Origin: Klebsormidium nitens
Taxonomy: Eukaryota; Plantae; Klebsormidiophyceae
Direction: 5' to 3'
Assembly: GCA_000708835.1 (NCBI GenBank)
Contig: DF237444.1
Location: 1 to 64,000, forward strand
DNA length: 64,000 bases
Positions 22,201 through 34,200 of this stretch are shown piece after piece. Each line of letters opens with the position of its first letter. Position 1 is the stretch's first letter. The position numbers and the translations under genes were made by a program. Under the pieces are notes generated by a model, which saw only the letters and a program-made list of their open reading frames with translations, searched no databases and was not told where the DNA came from.

Positions 22201-25200
22201 AGGAACAGGCTCTGGGCAAACGCCTGCGCAGAGGTTATTTTCGGGCTGTGAGCGACGTCAGGGACGTGGTTCTGTACTAAAATCGCACTGGCGCCTAAGG
22301 TAATCTCGGCTTTGTCCAAAGCAGGTGCAAAGCCTCAAAGAGGGCTCTCGTCGCGTGTCAAAAGCGGTGCAATTTGGATTGGCGGCCAGCAAACATATGC
22401 AGACGTTCTGGAAGCGCAAGCCTCGGCTCATCTGTTTGGGGGTCATGTGATCAATCTTTTGACCTTATTCGAGCGCTGAATCTGGTCGCTACAACTGCCA
22501 ATCTCCAATCGAACCCTGGCAATCCACAAAGATGAGCAGAATGAGTCTCGACTTGGGGATGTTGTTCGACTCCACGGTTTTCCTCGTTCTGTGAACATCC
22601 CTTTCCTAACCTGGTCTTCGTCGACTACGTGCGCCTGCGCGTTGATGAGGTCCAGCTTGACGTTCTTCTCCCCGTCGCCGCCCCAGAAGTAGCCCACCCG
22701 CAGGTAGTCCGCCATGAACAGAATGCCCCGCTGCGTCAGCTGCGTCAGCACGTTGTCTAGTTCGTCGGTCCACACGCCAAAGCCCGGCAAAAACTCGCGC
22801 ACAGCATCGGCGGATTGCGCCTTCTCGGCCGCGATAGCGTCTAGAACTTCCTGTGGCGGACGGGGCTCGACGGGGCCGTTCAGAACCGGGAAGAAGGTCT
22901 CGCGGTCCTGCGTCAGAGGGAGAGCCAATGATGGAGAAGGCGGGGAACCGATTATTAAGTTCGTGACTGAATCCTGCCACTGGAGACAAGTTCCTCGAGG
23001 GCATATGGCCTGCCTCGGAATCTAACTTCAAGAAAGCGGAGCCTTTGGTAACGTTGCTCTACACATAATGTCTATCTTTGCACTTGGGGCCAGAAAAAGA
23101 TATTGGGCCACCGAGTGTTTGCCCGCCCAGTAGACCTCTGGTTCAAGTCTTGCTGACTGCCATCAATACCGGCTGGCTGCTTACCTTGAATATGACATTT
23201 ACATAGAACCACGCGTCGGGGCGCAAATCCTGGGGGCCAAGGGCGCACGTGGGCGCCATGAAGTAGCGCGTGAACACCTCCTGCGAAACGATTCTCGCGC
23301 TCTCAGCCAGAGACCAGCATTGACAAACAGGCTATCGGTGCATCGACGTCGATTTTCAGCCTTCCAAGGTAAGACCGCTTCCAAATCTGAAAAGGTAGTT
23401 TGTGACGGAAGCAAGCACACACAAGCGCCCCGTTTCTCTTATTGGGACTCCTACACGAAATCAGTCATTGCAGGACCTCGTGTGACTGCTCACGATGATG
23501 CCCTGTATGAAGCCGCAGTCGTTGAGGTGTGGCCACATCTGCGCGTCCTGCAGGAACGTGATCTCCATGGCGTGCGTGCCGTTGGCCTTGATCGTGTAGT
23601 TGTAGATGAAGTGATCCACGCTGGCGCCGGGCGGCTCGCGCGGGGGTTGGTTACCGCAGACCTTGGTGCGGAAGCGGTTGTTGGGGCACTCGACAAGGAC
23701 GATCTGCAGGGAAGCGGCGCAGGTGGGAAGGTTAGTGGACTGACGCGAATAGCGGACGGGCAGCAACGCAAGTGATTGCTGCTGGAACGAGGCTAGCACT
23801 ACAAATGATCCCATGCTCAGAAAACATTAATGGCTTCTAGTGATCTCGGGCTATTGCTCTGATCAGCACAGGAAGCAGGAAATAGAATGAGAAGAGATGC
23901 TTACGTCAGTTGCGCTGAAGCGCTTGAACCTCTCGTCAGTGATGCGCAGGCCCGCCGACTTGACCACAATCTGCAGGAACTGGAGCCACCGAGAAGAGGG
24001 CAGTTGTCAGTACACCATGAGGGGCAGCAACTCAAGTGTTGGGCGCTCAAGGTATGGACAGCAAACCAGTTCTGCTGTCAGGTCTAGGAGGTTGCAACTC
24101 ATATTGTAAAGCATAACCGTTGCTCAATGTTGCTGGCGTCAAATGAGGGACGCAAAACAGGAGAGGTGCGAGTGTGCATGCCATAACAATCAGCATCGTT
24201 GGTATCTCACCTCAGACTTGGTGGGCGGAAAAAATTCAGAGATGACAACTGCGCACGAAGTCAAGGTGACAATCGCCAGCGGGTCCGCGAACCTGCAGAC
24301 AATCGCACTTTCAGCATTTGGCCATGCAAATCCGCTGAACGTCTAATGGGTCTAATGATAACGACATAAACAAGTTACTAATGCCGGCTTGTGGAAGACT
24401 TTGCGCTTTGAACCGCTGTCATTTGACTAGCTGTACAAAGGCCGACATGTTCAGCTTCTCTAGGCAGGTTGGGACTCACGCCCACACGCTATGATCTGTG
24501 CACTAGCGTACAGACGAAACACTCTGCAACCAGAAGTACGCCTCAGGGAGCAGTCTTTTCTTTCAACAGCGCACAACAGGCAATAACGAGTAAAGTGGAC
24601 TGGAAGTACTACAAGGAGCGCGCGCTCACCCCTGGTGGATTGGCTCGGGCGTCCTTTCGATGACGACCGCAGCGTGGCCCAGCTCGAAGAGGAGCTCCCA
24701 CGTGGCGGGCACTTCCGGGGGCGGCTCCAGGTCCTGCTGCGCGTCCCGCAGGAAGCGGCCGGACGGCTGGCCCACCAACGACGGCTCCCGCGACATGTCT
24801 GCGCCCAGAGGGGAAGGATGATTTAAACTCAGGCCTGGAACGGGCCTGTCCTCTGGCTTGATTTAAGCAACCACTTTGGAGTCATTAAGGGCGCGGGCAT
24901 AAGCGAGTGTGAAAACGAATAACCGGAACTGAGAAACAGGGAACGGTTGATCTTTGCAATGGTGCGGTGCGCCAAACACGTCTCAATGACACCCTCAGTC
25001 TTTTACAAGGCTCCTGATGGGTTGCCGTTCGGGGCTCCTGCGGCCATCGTGCACTACTATTCTTAGAAAGGTAAGCAGTAGCTTAGCATGCGTGCTTGCC
25101 TTGGAAGGTGGACGGCTCGCTGCTGTTCTCGAAGATGATGCCCATGAGCAGGCTGTACTGGATGTCGCCAAACACCACGTGGACATCCGGCCACTTCACG

Positions 25201-28200
25201 CGCAGCCGGAAAGGGACCGCCTGCAATTTGATCCGCGTGAAAGTCCATCAGCTTTTCAGAGGCAACTTTCAGGCGGCGTCTCGGCATGCTGCGCAATGGG
25301 TTTCAAATCTTAAAGCGGAAGCGGTTTTTCGAGCGCCTGGCCAGCATCGAACTGCTGGCCGGAAACGCCGCTCTCTAAGTGAGGACGAATCAGACCGTCA
25401 AACGGAACATGCTCCAAGTATTTTGTTGGTTCTGTACCAGGTCAGCCCAAAGACCTGAAGCAGAGCCTTTGAGGCGTGGCTCGATCTGAATGGGTGTAAG
25501 GCTCGGGGCGGCCTGAACGCCGCCTGCGCCGCAACTCAACGGCTTGCTCAAACACGGGTCTGGAGCCCGCGTACGCCTGCGACAACACTGGCTGAAGCAA
25601 TCCCTCACCTGGATGACTGCAGAGATCTCTGCGCTTCCCACCACTCGTCTCTCGCAAACTTCGCCGTCCGGCTGCACAAGCAACGGAGGTAGTTTCATTC
25701 AGCAGCAGCGGAACGTTCGCCTTTGCAGCAAACATCTGCACAAAGCATCATTAGGATGCAGCCCCAGATGTCCCCACAATGATCTACAAGATCAGCCTTT
25801 CGGTATGTTTGATGACGGCGTCAGACGTACGCAAGAGTTTGACGCAAGAACAACACCGTGGCTGAATAAGTTGCAGCTACGAGGCTCCGACTGTGAGTGG
25901 GGCGTCCTTGCCGTTTCTCGACGCCAGTAGACCATGGCTTCCGTCAGGTGGGCGGCTATGGTGCCCTGCGCGGCCGGAGCGCCCTCAAAGTTCTCCCACA
26001 ACGGGTCGTCCGCCCAGTCCGCGCCCAGGTGACACTTGGCAGCGCTGCAGCGACCGGACGTCGGGATTTCAAGCCAGCGCATCATTGGGATTGAAGGTAG
26101 TGGAAAGAATCTGCCAACATGCACTTCAGGAGGGCAGATCAGCGGCTTCTCTGAGCCGCAGGTGATAAGCGTCAACGGGGCCGTGCTTAGCATGTCTCTA
26201 CAGTTCACCAGAAGTGAGCTCGAGCAATAACAAGCTCCTCTACTAACCTACAAACCTAACCCACAAAATCACCTGCTCCAACCCGTAACCACACGAAAGT
26301 AACCGCCAAAGTAATCCTACCCGTCAAAGGCTGGTTAGCTTAGTATTGCTGAAGCTTTTTCTGCTTAACTGGATATTCATGTGCTTACCCGAGGCAGACC
26401 TTGAGAGCGGCATCCTGGTCAGCGGATGTGGGCAGCATGGCTGTCACCTTCTTGGCGTGCAATATGTACATGTCCTCCGACCACGAGTGCCTGCGAGAGC
26501 GTGGTCCCTTCGCACGTGATAGCACCTTACTTGTTCCTGGCATTCGGTCTCGGAGGCTCAGCGAAGCCCTGTTTCTCATACCGTGGAGTGGACCACTTTG
26601 ATCCTCTCTTGCATCAGAAATGACGTGCAACATAACCTCCGCATCCACCAATTCTTTCAACTGCACTTTTTAATTTCTATGGGTTTGGCGCAAGGACGCA
26701 GGCGGGTCGGACGGGGTACGACTGCATTTTTGGGCAACAAATGCGCTTACCTGGGCATTTCCGCGTAAAAGTCGCAGGCAGTGATAAGAAGGAACACAGG
26801 AGGGGATGGCGCGGCAGCCTCCTTTGGAGAGGAAGCAGAACTGTCCTCGGACATTAAAAAGGCCAACAGCGTGCACTCCTGAAAGTAACGACAATGCGCC
26901 GTCTGTAAGGTCCGTACTTGGAAACGACAAGCCTTTTGCAATCAGCAGGTAGTCCAAGCAAAGTCCAGCTTTCATCCAACATACGATCAGGCGCCGCTTA
27001 CAGGTGTAATGCATGAGATCACGACGTCTAGTTGGTCTCCTGTGAAGCCCATTTCGGGGATGCAAAGAGCAAAAGGTTGATCAGTCCTCAAGGAGGCCTC
27101 CGGCAGTAAGAAGAAAATGCGTTGGGCGCTCACTTTTGCGACCTCCCTGGTTTTTGCGATGCACTGCAGCACGTCCTTAATGTAACGCACCAGCACGGTC
27201 GCCCGCAAGTGGTGGCAATCCAACCACACCAGCGTCTGCAAAGAAAGCAGCGGGTCTAGTCATCGCAAGCTGTGCAAGCGACCCGAGAATCATTTGGAAG
27301 AGCAACACGGTCACACTCCCCGTTTTAAGCGCGCCCTGCACAGCGACCGCTGCCCTGAGGAGCTCTTCAGAGTAGCCATCTCACACCAGCCCTGCTCACA
27401 GCTCAAGCTTTCTGTCTTGAGGACGTAAGCTGGGCACCCAAGACCATTGGGCGATACCGGTTCAAAGCGAGCTTGCCCCCACATTTTGCATCTTCGAATG
27501 CGATACAGACAACAGGAAAAACGCCCCACCTGGGCGGGGGTGTCGTCGAGCCGGGGTCTGCTTGACAGCTCCAAACAGACGCAGTGCTCGCCCTGACCAC
27601 TGGGCCGAATGACGTAACGGTAGCGGCTGCAGGCAACCAGCCAACGCCGGTGAGTCCGGAAGGAAAACCTAACACCTTTCTGGTGCCTATTAAGGCGGCG
27701 GCTTCAGTGTGCATAACTCACACCCCAGCACAACTCGCTGAGTGAATCAATTTGGTTCCTTCCTTCTCGACCCAAGAGACCTCTTCCGAGCCCGAGTATG
27801 CGGACGCCAATATCATATTGAGCATTGGGCGGAATGCATTTTGCAACATCAGTAGCGCAGCAGATTGCTCAGTGTTGTGTAGGCTCACTTTGAAGCTGCC
27901 TTGAGATCCAGTAGTTGCAGATCGTCAACGTGGAGGACCAGGTCCGTCGAGTCGCCATGCGACAAGGAGCACTGCGCGAATGGCACTCGCACCGTCAGTT
28001 CTAGAGCCTGCAGGTTTGTCTTAAAAACGTGGAACGTCAAAGACACGGATGTCACTTATCAAAAACCTGCTCAGCGCACTGGTAAACGGGCAGCCGACGT
28101 CGCCACTGCCTCACCATGACGTCCTGCACCACGAGCGACGTAAACGTCTCCCGCGCGATGGCAATCGTCAGCCTGACGCACGTCACTCGCACGCGCACTT

Positions 28201-31200
28201 GCAGCGTCCTCTCCTCCTCTTCCTCGCCCGTCCCGGAATGTGCCCCTCGGTGCGGTTTGTGCTCCTCCCAGCGAGTCCCCCTGTGGGCGCCCTCATGGGG
28301 ATGCGACCCGTGATGCTCCTCCGGCAAGTCGTCTACGTCTCCAGGAAACGACGTGGTTCGCACCGGCTGCGGAGTCATATCCACATCGCGGTCTGTTTCC
28401 TCCTCCTCCCAGCGCACCACGCGCGGGCCCGCGGCCTTGCCCTTCTCCGAGAACGCCCGGTTGAAAGAACCGGGGAGCGGGCCGCTGAACCGTGCAGGAT
28501 GCCTCAACGCTGTCGGCGTATCGTCCCTGCCGTGGGGGTCCACGCTCGGACGACTTCCCCCCCCCAAAACGTTCCGCGTCTCCTTCTCGAGCGCCGCCAC
28601 CGGCGCGGGCAGCTTCGGCATCGGCCGCGACATGCGCCGCACCAAAAGGTTCCCACTGCCACTCCCCCGGGGCGTCTCTAGCGGTCTCCGCTCAAGGGAG
28701 CCCATCCGTTGCATCGGGTCCGTGAAGAGCGCGTCTTCCGCCTCAGCAAGTTTGAGCGAGTGTAGTCTGACGAGACGCTCGCGGGAGGACTTCCGGGAGT
28801 GGGCCGTGAGCGGTCGCGGCGAAGCAGGCGCGCCGGGCGGGGGAGGTGCTTTTGGGGGGCTGTGGAGGTCCCACGCGACGCGGATGGCTTCCAGGGCGTG
28901 GGTGATGAACTGGGCGAGGTCGTGCATGCCCTCCAGGTTACTGCACAAAAACGTCGAACAGATCGGGTTCACAGAAAACGTTCATTTTCAATTACAGCTT
29001 CGGGACTGCTGAGAAACCTCCTCGGTTGAGCATCGGTCAGCCCACCTTGGAATATAACATCAGAATGCTCAGAGAATGTACCCACCACGGCAAGACGAAG
29101 AGGAATTTGTTTAATAGCATCCCACACGAACGTGAGTATTGCTCACCAGCAGACAGGTAAGAAGGCGACATCGACGTCGATGTCGGTCAGGCTGCCAAGC
29201 TTCTGGATGCGAAGGTTCATCTGCAATACATGTCAATGGCGTCACTAAAACGGTTTCCTCGTCGACCCCCAACCTTCCCAACTGGAAAGGGACGACACCG
29301 TTGCCTTGATCTATGATTGGCTCTCAGCGGTCACAATCGATGGTCAGTGTCGCCTTTCCCAGCATATCAAAAGGCGGCCACACTTCTTGAGCCTTAAGCA
29401 ATGAGACAGGTTGATGTGCAGCTCCATGCTGACCTGTGCTTTGGACCGTCGGAGCGCTCGCTCTAGTTCGGCCTTGGGCACGTCGTCGGCCAGGTTGCGG
29501 CTCTGCTTCATGTACAGGCGCCACCGCTGAAACGCCTGCAACCAAAAAGGCAGTCAGCACGGCAACATCACTTTCGAAAGACCCCACACAGGTGACCATT
29601 TGGGTTTCTGAAGGATGAAGCAGCAGCTTCCGCGCAAAGCAGTGCAGCAGACAGGGCGCCGGGGGAACTCTAAAATCGAGAGAAAGTGTGGCCTAGTAGC
29701 GTACCGGCCCCACATAGGAGCTGGTGAAGTGGCTCATGAAGCTCTGCTTGAGGGGCGGCAGGAAGTAGCGGTACGTCGAGTCCGGCTGCACACACATCAG
29801 CAGCAACATGTTCAGGCCGCTGAGAATAACACTATAAAGGATCTGTTACTCCGGAATTATGACTTTTCGCAAGAGATACTCCTCGGGCCTGTCATTCCAG
29901 TCAACATCTCCACAAGTCAGCGCGTATGCACAGCTTGTCTCCAATGCAAGCGGAAAAGGCGACAAAAGATGGGCGCCAGCAAGGTGTGCGCGGCTGTCTC
30001 ACCTTGTCTCTCTCGGTCAGGTTCTCCACCACCAGGTTGCCGAGCGACACGCAGATCGCTCGCTGCACAAAAAAAATGGAACAAGTAAGACAGCTGCACA
30101 AGTCAAACGTCGTGGCTAGCTAGCAGGTGGCATCATACGCTCTTTGCCGAGGCCTCAAGTGTCCAAGAACGCTGAGTAGGCAAGCTCAAGCAAACATATG
30201 CTCCTCAACACAAATCTTTGCCGTGCAGGCTAGGACAAAGGTTGCGCACGAAGCGCCTTATTAATCTCTCCTTTCTTGCCATGGCGGCCAAAGCTTCTGA
30301 GTGCAGGAAGGGACACAAGGTGCGCGCGCACCTTTCTGGGCCAGCGGTCGAAGCGCACGTCGATGTTGTGCATGGCGGCCCGGAAGACGGCCTGGTCCTC
30401 GCTCAGCCAGTTGAGCGACTCCGGGCACGTGCCGTACGGCCCGGCCTGGCCCGACGGGTCGAACTCCAGAAAGCGCACCGCGTCCAAGGAGAAGAGCGGG
30501 ATCTGGAGGCAGAAACCGGCGGCAGACAATGAGATCCTCCTTCTTCTTCATTGCCTTTGAGATCAGGGGATCCGAAGCTGCTGGTTGTGCCTTTGAACCT
30601 TAACTGACGTTTGCAAGACGTTTTGTGCAGAAGCTTCGTGTACATTCTGACAGTGGTTTTGGGGTCCCACTCCAATGAGAAAGCAGAAACTTCCGGAGAG
30701 TAACGCGTGGATCGGCGAGCGAGCCTGCGAACCGCTTGAGAGGAAGGAGGAATTCAAGAGGAAAAACCGAAAGGGACCCGCTGACCTTTGCTTGTATCAT
30801 GATGACTGGTCCCTTGCCGCCTTTCGTTTGTTCCGGCGGCGGGCCCGTTTCCTGTGGCGTCAGAGGGCCCTCCATGATGTACGTGGCCTCTGCTTCCGAC
30901 CGGTGGACTCTGCAGCAAAGAGAACGCAGGGTCTTGAACGACATCTGTTGCTCAGGTGTCAGCTGTGCACGTTATATAAGCGCCAAAGACCCCAGCTTTG
31001 GTCCTATATCCGCTTCTCATCGCGCCAGCCTACTGGTGCTTCACATGGGTTGGGATCCAGATGTAACCGTTGCCAGACGATCTTGAAGACACAGCAAAAC
31101 GCAGCGGAATGCGCTCCGGCCCAAGAAGGAAGCAAGTCGTTTAACAGCATTTGAGACAAAGATCGATTGTGCTGCTTACACGGAGGCCAGGTGGGCGAGC

Positions 31201-34200
31201 TCGCCAAAGGCGAAGGGCGACAGGATCAGCTCCACTTTGGAGACGTCGACGGACATGCGAACCAGCTGCAAGAAGCACCGAACAGCGTATCAAGTGAGCA
31301 TCCTGGCCGAAATACAAACCATTTTATGCTACGACGCAATTCGGAAGTCACGTCTTCTTCAAGCAAACCCGTCTGCAGATCATGCTCAATGTCGACGCTC
31401 AGAGCATCGTTCTCATTTTGAGGAAAGCAAGAAATTCGCACCTTGGTGGCTATCTTTGAGACGGGCTGCCGGCAGAGGGCGTGGGAGAGGCGCAGGTGAA
31501 CGCGGCGGATGAGGGGCACCCTGCACGCACAAGGAAACATAAGCCCCTCGACTTCACTGCTTCCATGACTTCTGAGGCTGCGCACTTGCGCTTCAGCTTT
31601 GAAGATCTAGGCCACATCAAGCCCCCCGGGATAAACAGCAGAGGTTACGCCCTCTTCGTACAGATCAGAATATGACCAGAAACCACAAACACCCAATACG
31701 ACGCTGCGAGAGTCACACGGCTTGTACTCCAGCTTTGTCAAAAAGCCTTTTTCTTTGGAGGGGTTTTGCCTCGCACCTGTCTTTGTAGTCGTTGTGGGCC
31801 CCCTTGCCGACCCGCGCCAGGAAGAGCTCAAGCGTGAGCGCCGCCTTGCTGATGTCGAAGCGCAGCGGCGCGAGCAGGCTGTCGTGGTGGGACCGCATCC
31901 ACAGCTCGTCCTCCGACGCCGCCTTCTTGCTCACGGGCAGCTCCTGCAGCGGGCTGCACCGCCAGCGCAAAGCCAGGGTCAGCTCTGGGCTAAGCATCAC
32001 TGAAACGGGTTCCACCACACGTAAGCTCTAGTTTTCTGTTGCTCTACGAATGACCTCGAACCGTTGAGACCCGCACCGATTTTGACAATCTGGCTGCCAT
32101 CGCCGTCCCTTCCGCTTGCCAGGAGCATATACGACCGCAAAGAGAGATCGCAGAACATATCAGTAGACGCCCACCGGTTTGAGTCCATTGTGCAAGCACC
32201 TTCCTCTGCTGCACGTCAGCTCTGTCGTAAAAAGAGTATGTTGCCCACCTGCGCTTGGACAGGTCCTGCCGGTACTCGTCCGAGTGCACGTGCAGCCCGC
32301 TCATGATGACGACCAGCGAGTGCCGGTGCCGCGTCCCGTGCGAGTGCGCCTCAACCTCGCACGCGTGCTCCGCGGGCTTCCGTTTTGACGGGCTCTCAAG
32401 CACTTCTTCCACCTCCGCAAACACGCCCTCGTTCTCGTGGCACGGCACGATGATCCTGACGTCCCCCATGGTGAAGTCCAGGTGCGGCAGCCGCGTCGTG
32501 CGCCGCGCCCGCCGCGCCAGAATTTTCGCTGCGCAGTCGCTCACTTCGTCCGCCAGCGACGCCTTGTACCGCGTCGCCGCGTTCCCCCTCGCCGGGCTCT
32601 GCTGCTCCTGGAAGTACTGCAGCTGCTGCCGCGACATGTGCTCGGGTTGCTGCCCCGGGCCGCGGTCCGGGCTCTCTACCCCTCGCTTAATGGGAACCGC
32701 CTGTCGGAAGAACCGCCCGAGACGTGCAAGCCAGCCATGCTCCTGAATCAAGTCGATGGGTGCCAAGCGGACAGTGCAGGAGAGTCGTTGCCCCGCCGCT
32801 TCCTGCTTGCTGGACGGCTTGGTGATCTTGACGGTTAAACAATCAATCTTGGTCGCCGCCTCGAGCCCCGCGGGGCTCCGTAGCAGCTCCACCGAGCGGA
32901 AAGCCCGCGCAGTTTGAAAGTCCCGCAGGTGCATCGCGCGGCACGTGCCTTCGAGCAGCACCGCCCCCTGCCGCCGCTCTCCGCGCGCCCCGATCTGGAG
33001 AAACGACATCTCCCCGCCCCAGTCCTTGTCCTTCCCGGATGACAGCAACAGGCTCACTTTGGGGCAGTGGATCGCGAGCCCCACCACTCGGTAGCGCGCC
33101 TTGCCGCGGCGCTGAATGCCCCGGGCGCCGCTCAGGATCGCGTCAATCTCCTGCATCTGCAGCCGCAGCGACTCGCTGGGGTCCTCCTGCTTGCGGAACC
33201 AGCGGGAGCGGGCCTCGCCGCGGCGCAGGCGCGCGCACGCCCACCACCGGAACTGCGCAATCTCCTCGGGGCCAAGGCGCGCCTCCAGGTGGCGCAGCGC
33301 CGCCAGCTGCTCCCTGAGACGCAAAGGAGAGCCAGCGTCTGATCCCGTGCCGGAGGTCATATGCAGTCGGAGATCGCCCTTCTCGTGGATTGAAGCGCTC
33401 GCGACTTTCATATCACGTTTCTTTGTCGGGGTTTCGCGTAAGTCTGAGATTGCAGACTGCATGGTTTTACGCCTCTAAGAGCATCGTATGTAGGTCGGAA
33501 GGCCACTGTTGAGCAGTTCTCCCATTGAGCCAAAGATCCACAGTTCACGTACAGAACATGAAAGGGCGTTGAAGGGAGAGCCTGTCACAAAGGGCGAGGT
33601 ACAGCACCTTATACAGCTACAAGCATCAAGACGCCGCAATCTATGGAAGGAAAGCCTTGCGAAGCCCTCACCTGAGGCTCTTTTTTATCTTGGAGAGCCC
33701 CCCCGCTTTGTGTATCTCGGTGTACAGCTCCACGTAGCGTCGTCGCATGGCACGCCGCTCCTCCAGCCGCGGCGGCAGCACGGTCGACCCCACTGACAGC
33801 TTCTTGAACTCGCGCAGCACCGCGGCCCCTGCGTGCTGCCACCACAGCATCGGCGCCGCCCGCACGGTGGCCTGCGGGCGGGGTCCCCGAAACTCCTGGT
33901 ATTTGAGAAACTCGGTGATGCTGCTCACGGAGGCAGTAAGCGCCTTTTGGACGAGCTCGTCCACGCTCGCGATGAGCGCGCCCGCAGTTATCGTCGTTTG
34001 CCACACTTGCTGCCGGCTGGGCGTGTGGCCGCAGAAGATCTGGGGGACGAAGGAGAAGAGTGAGTTGGTGGAAGCAGGGGAGCGATGCGGGAAGTGAGGA
34101 TGCTAGCGAGCGGGGCAAATCAATTAACAGAGATATTACTGCCTCCCTTCTCCCAAAACTCTCGTTCGGAGGCTTCTAAAGCAGGCTGTTCGAACAGACA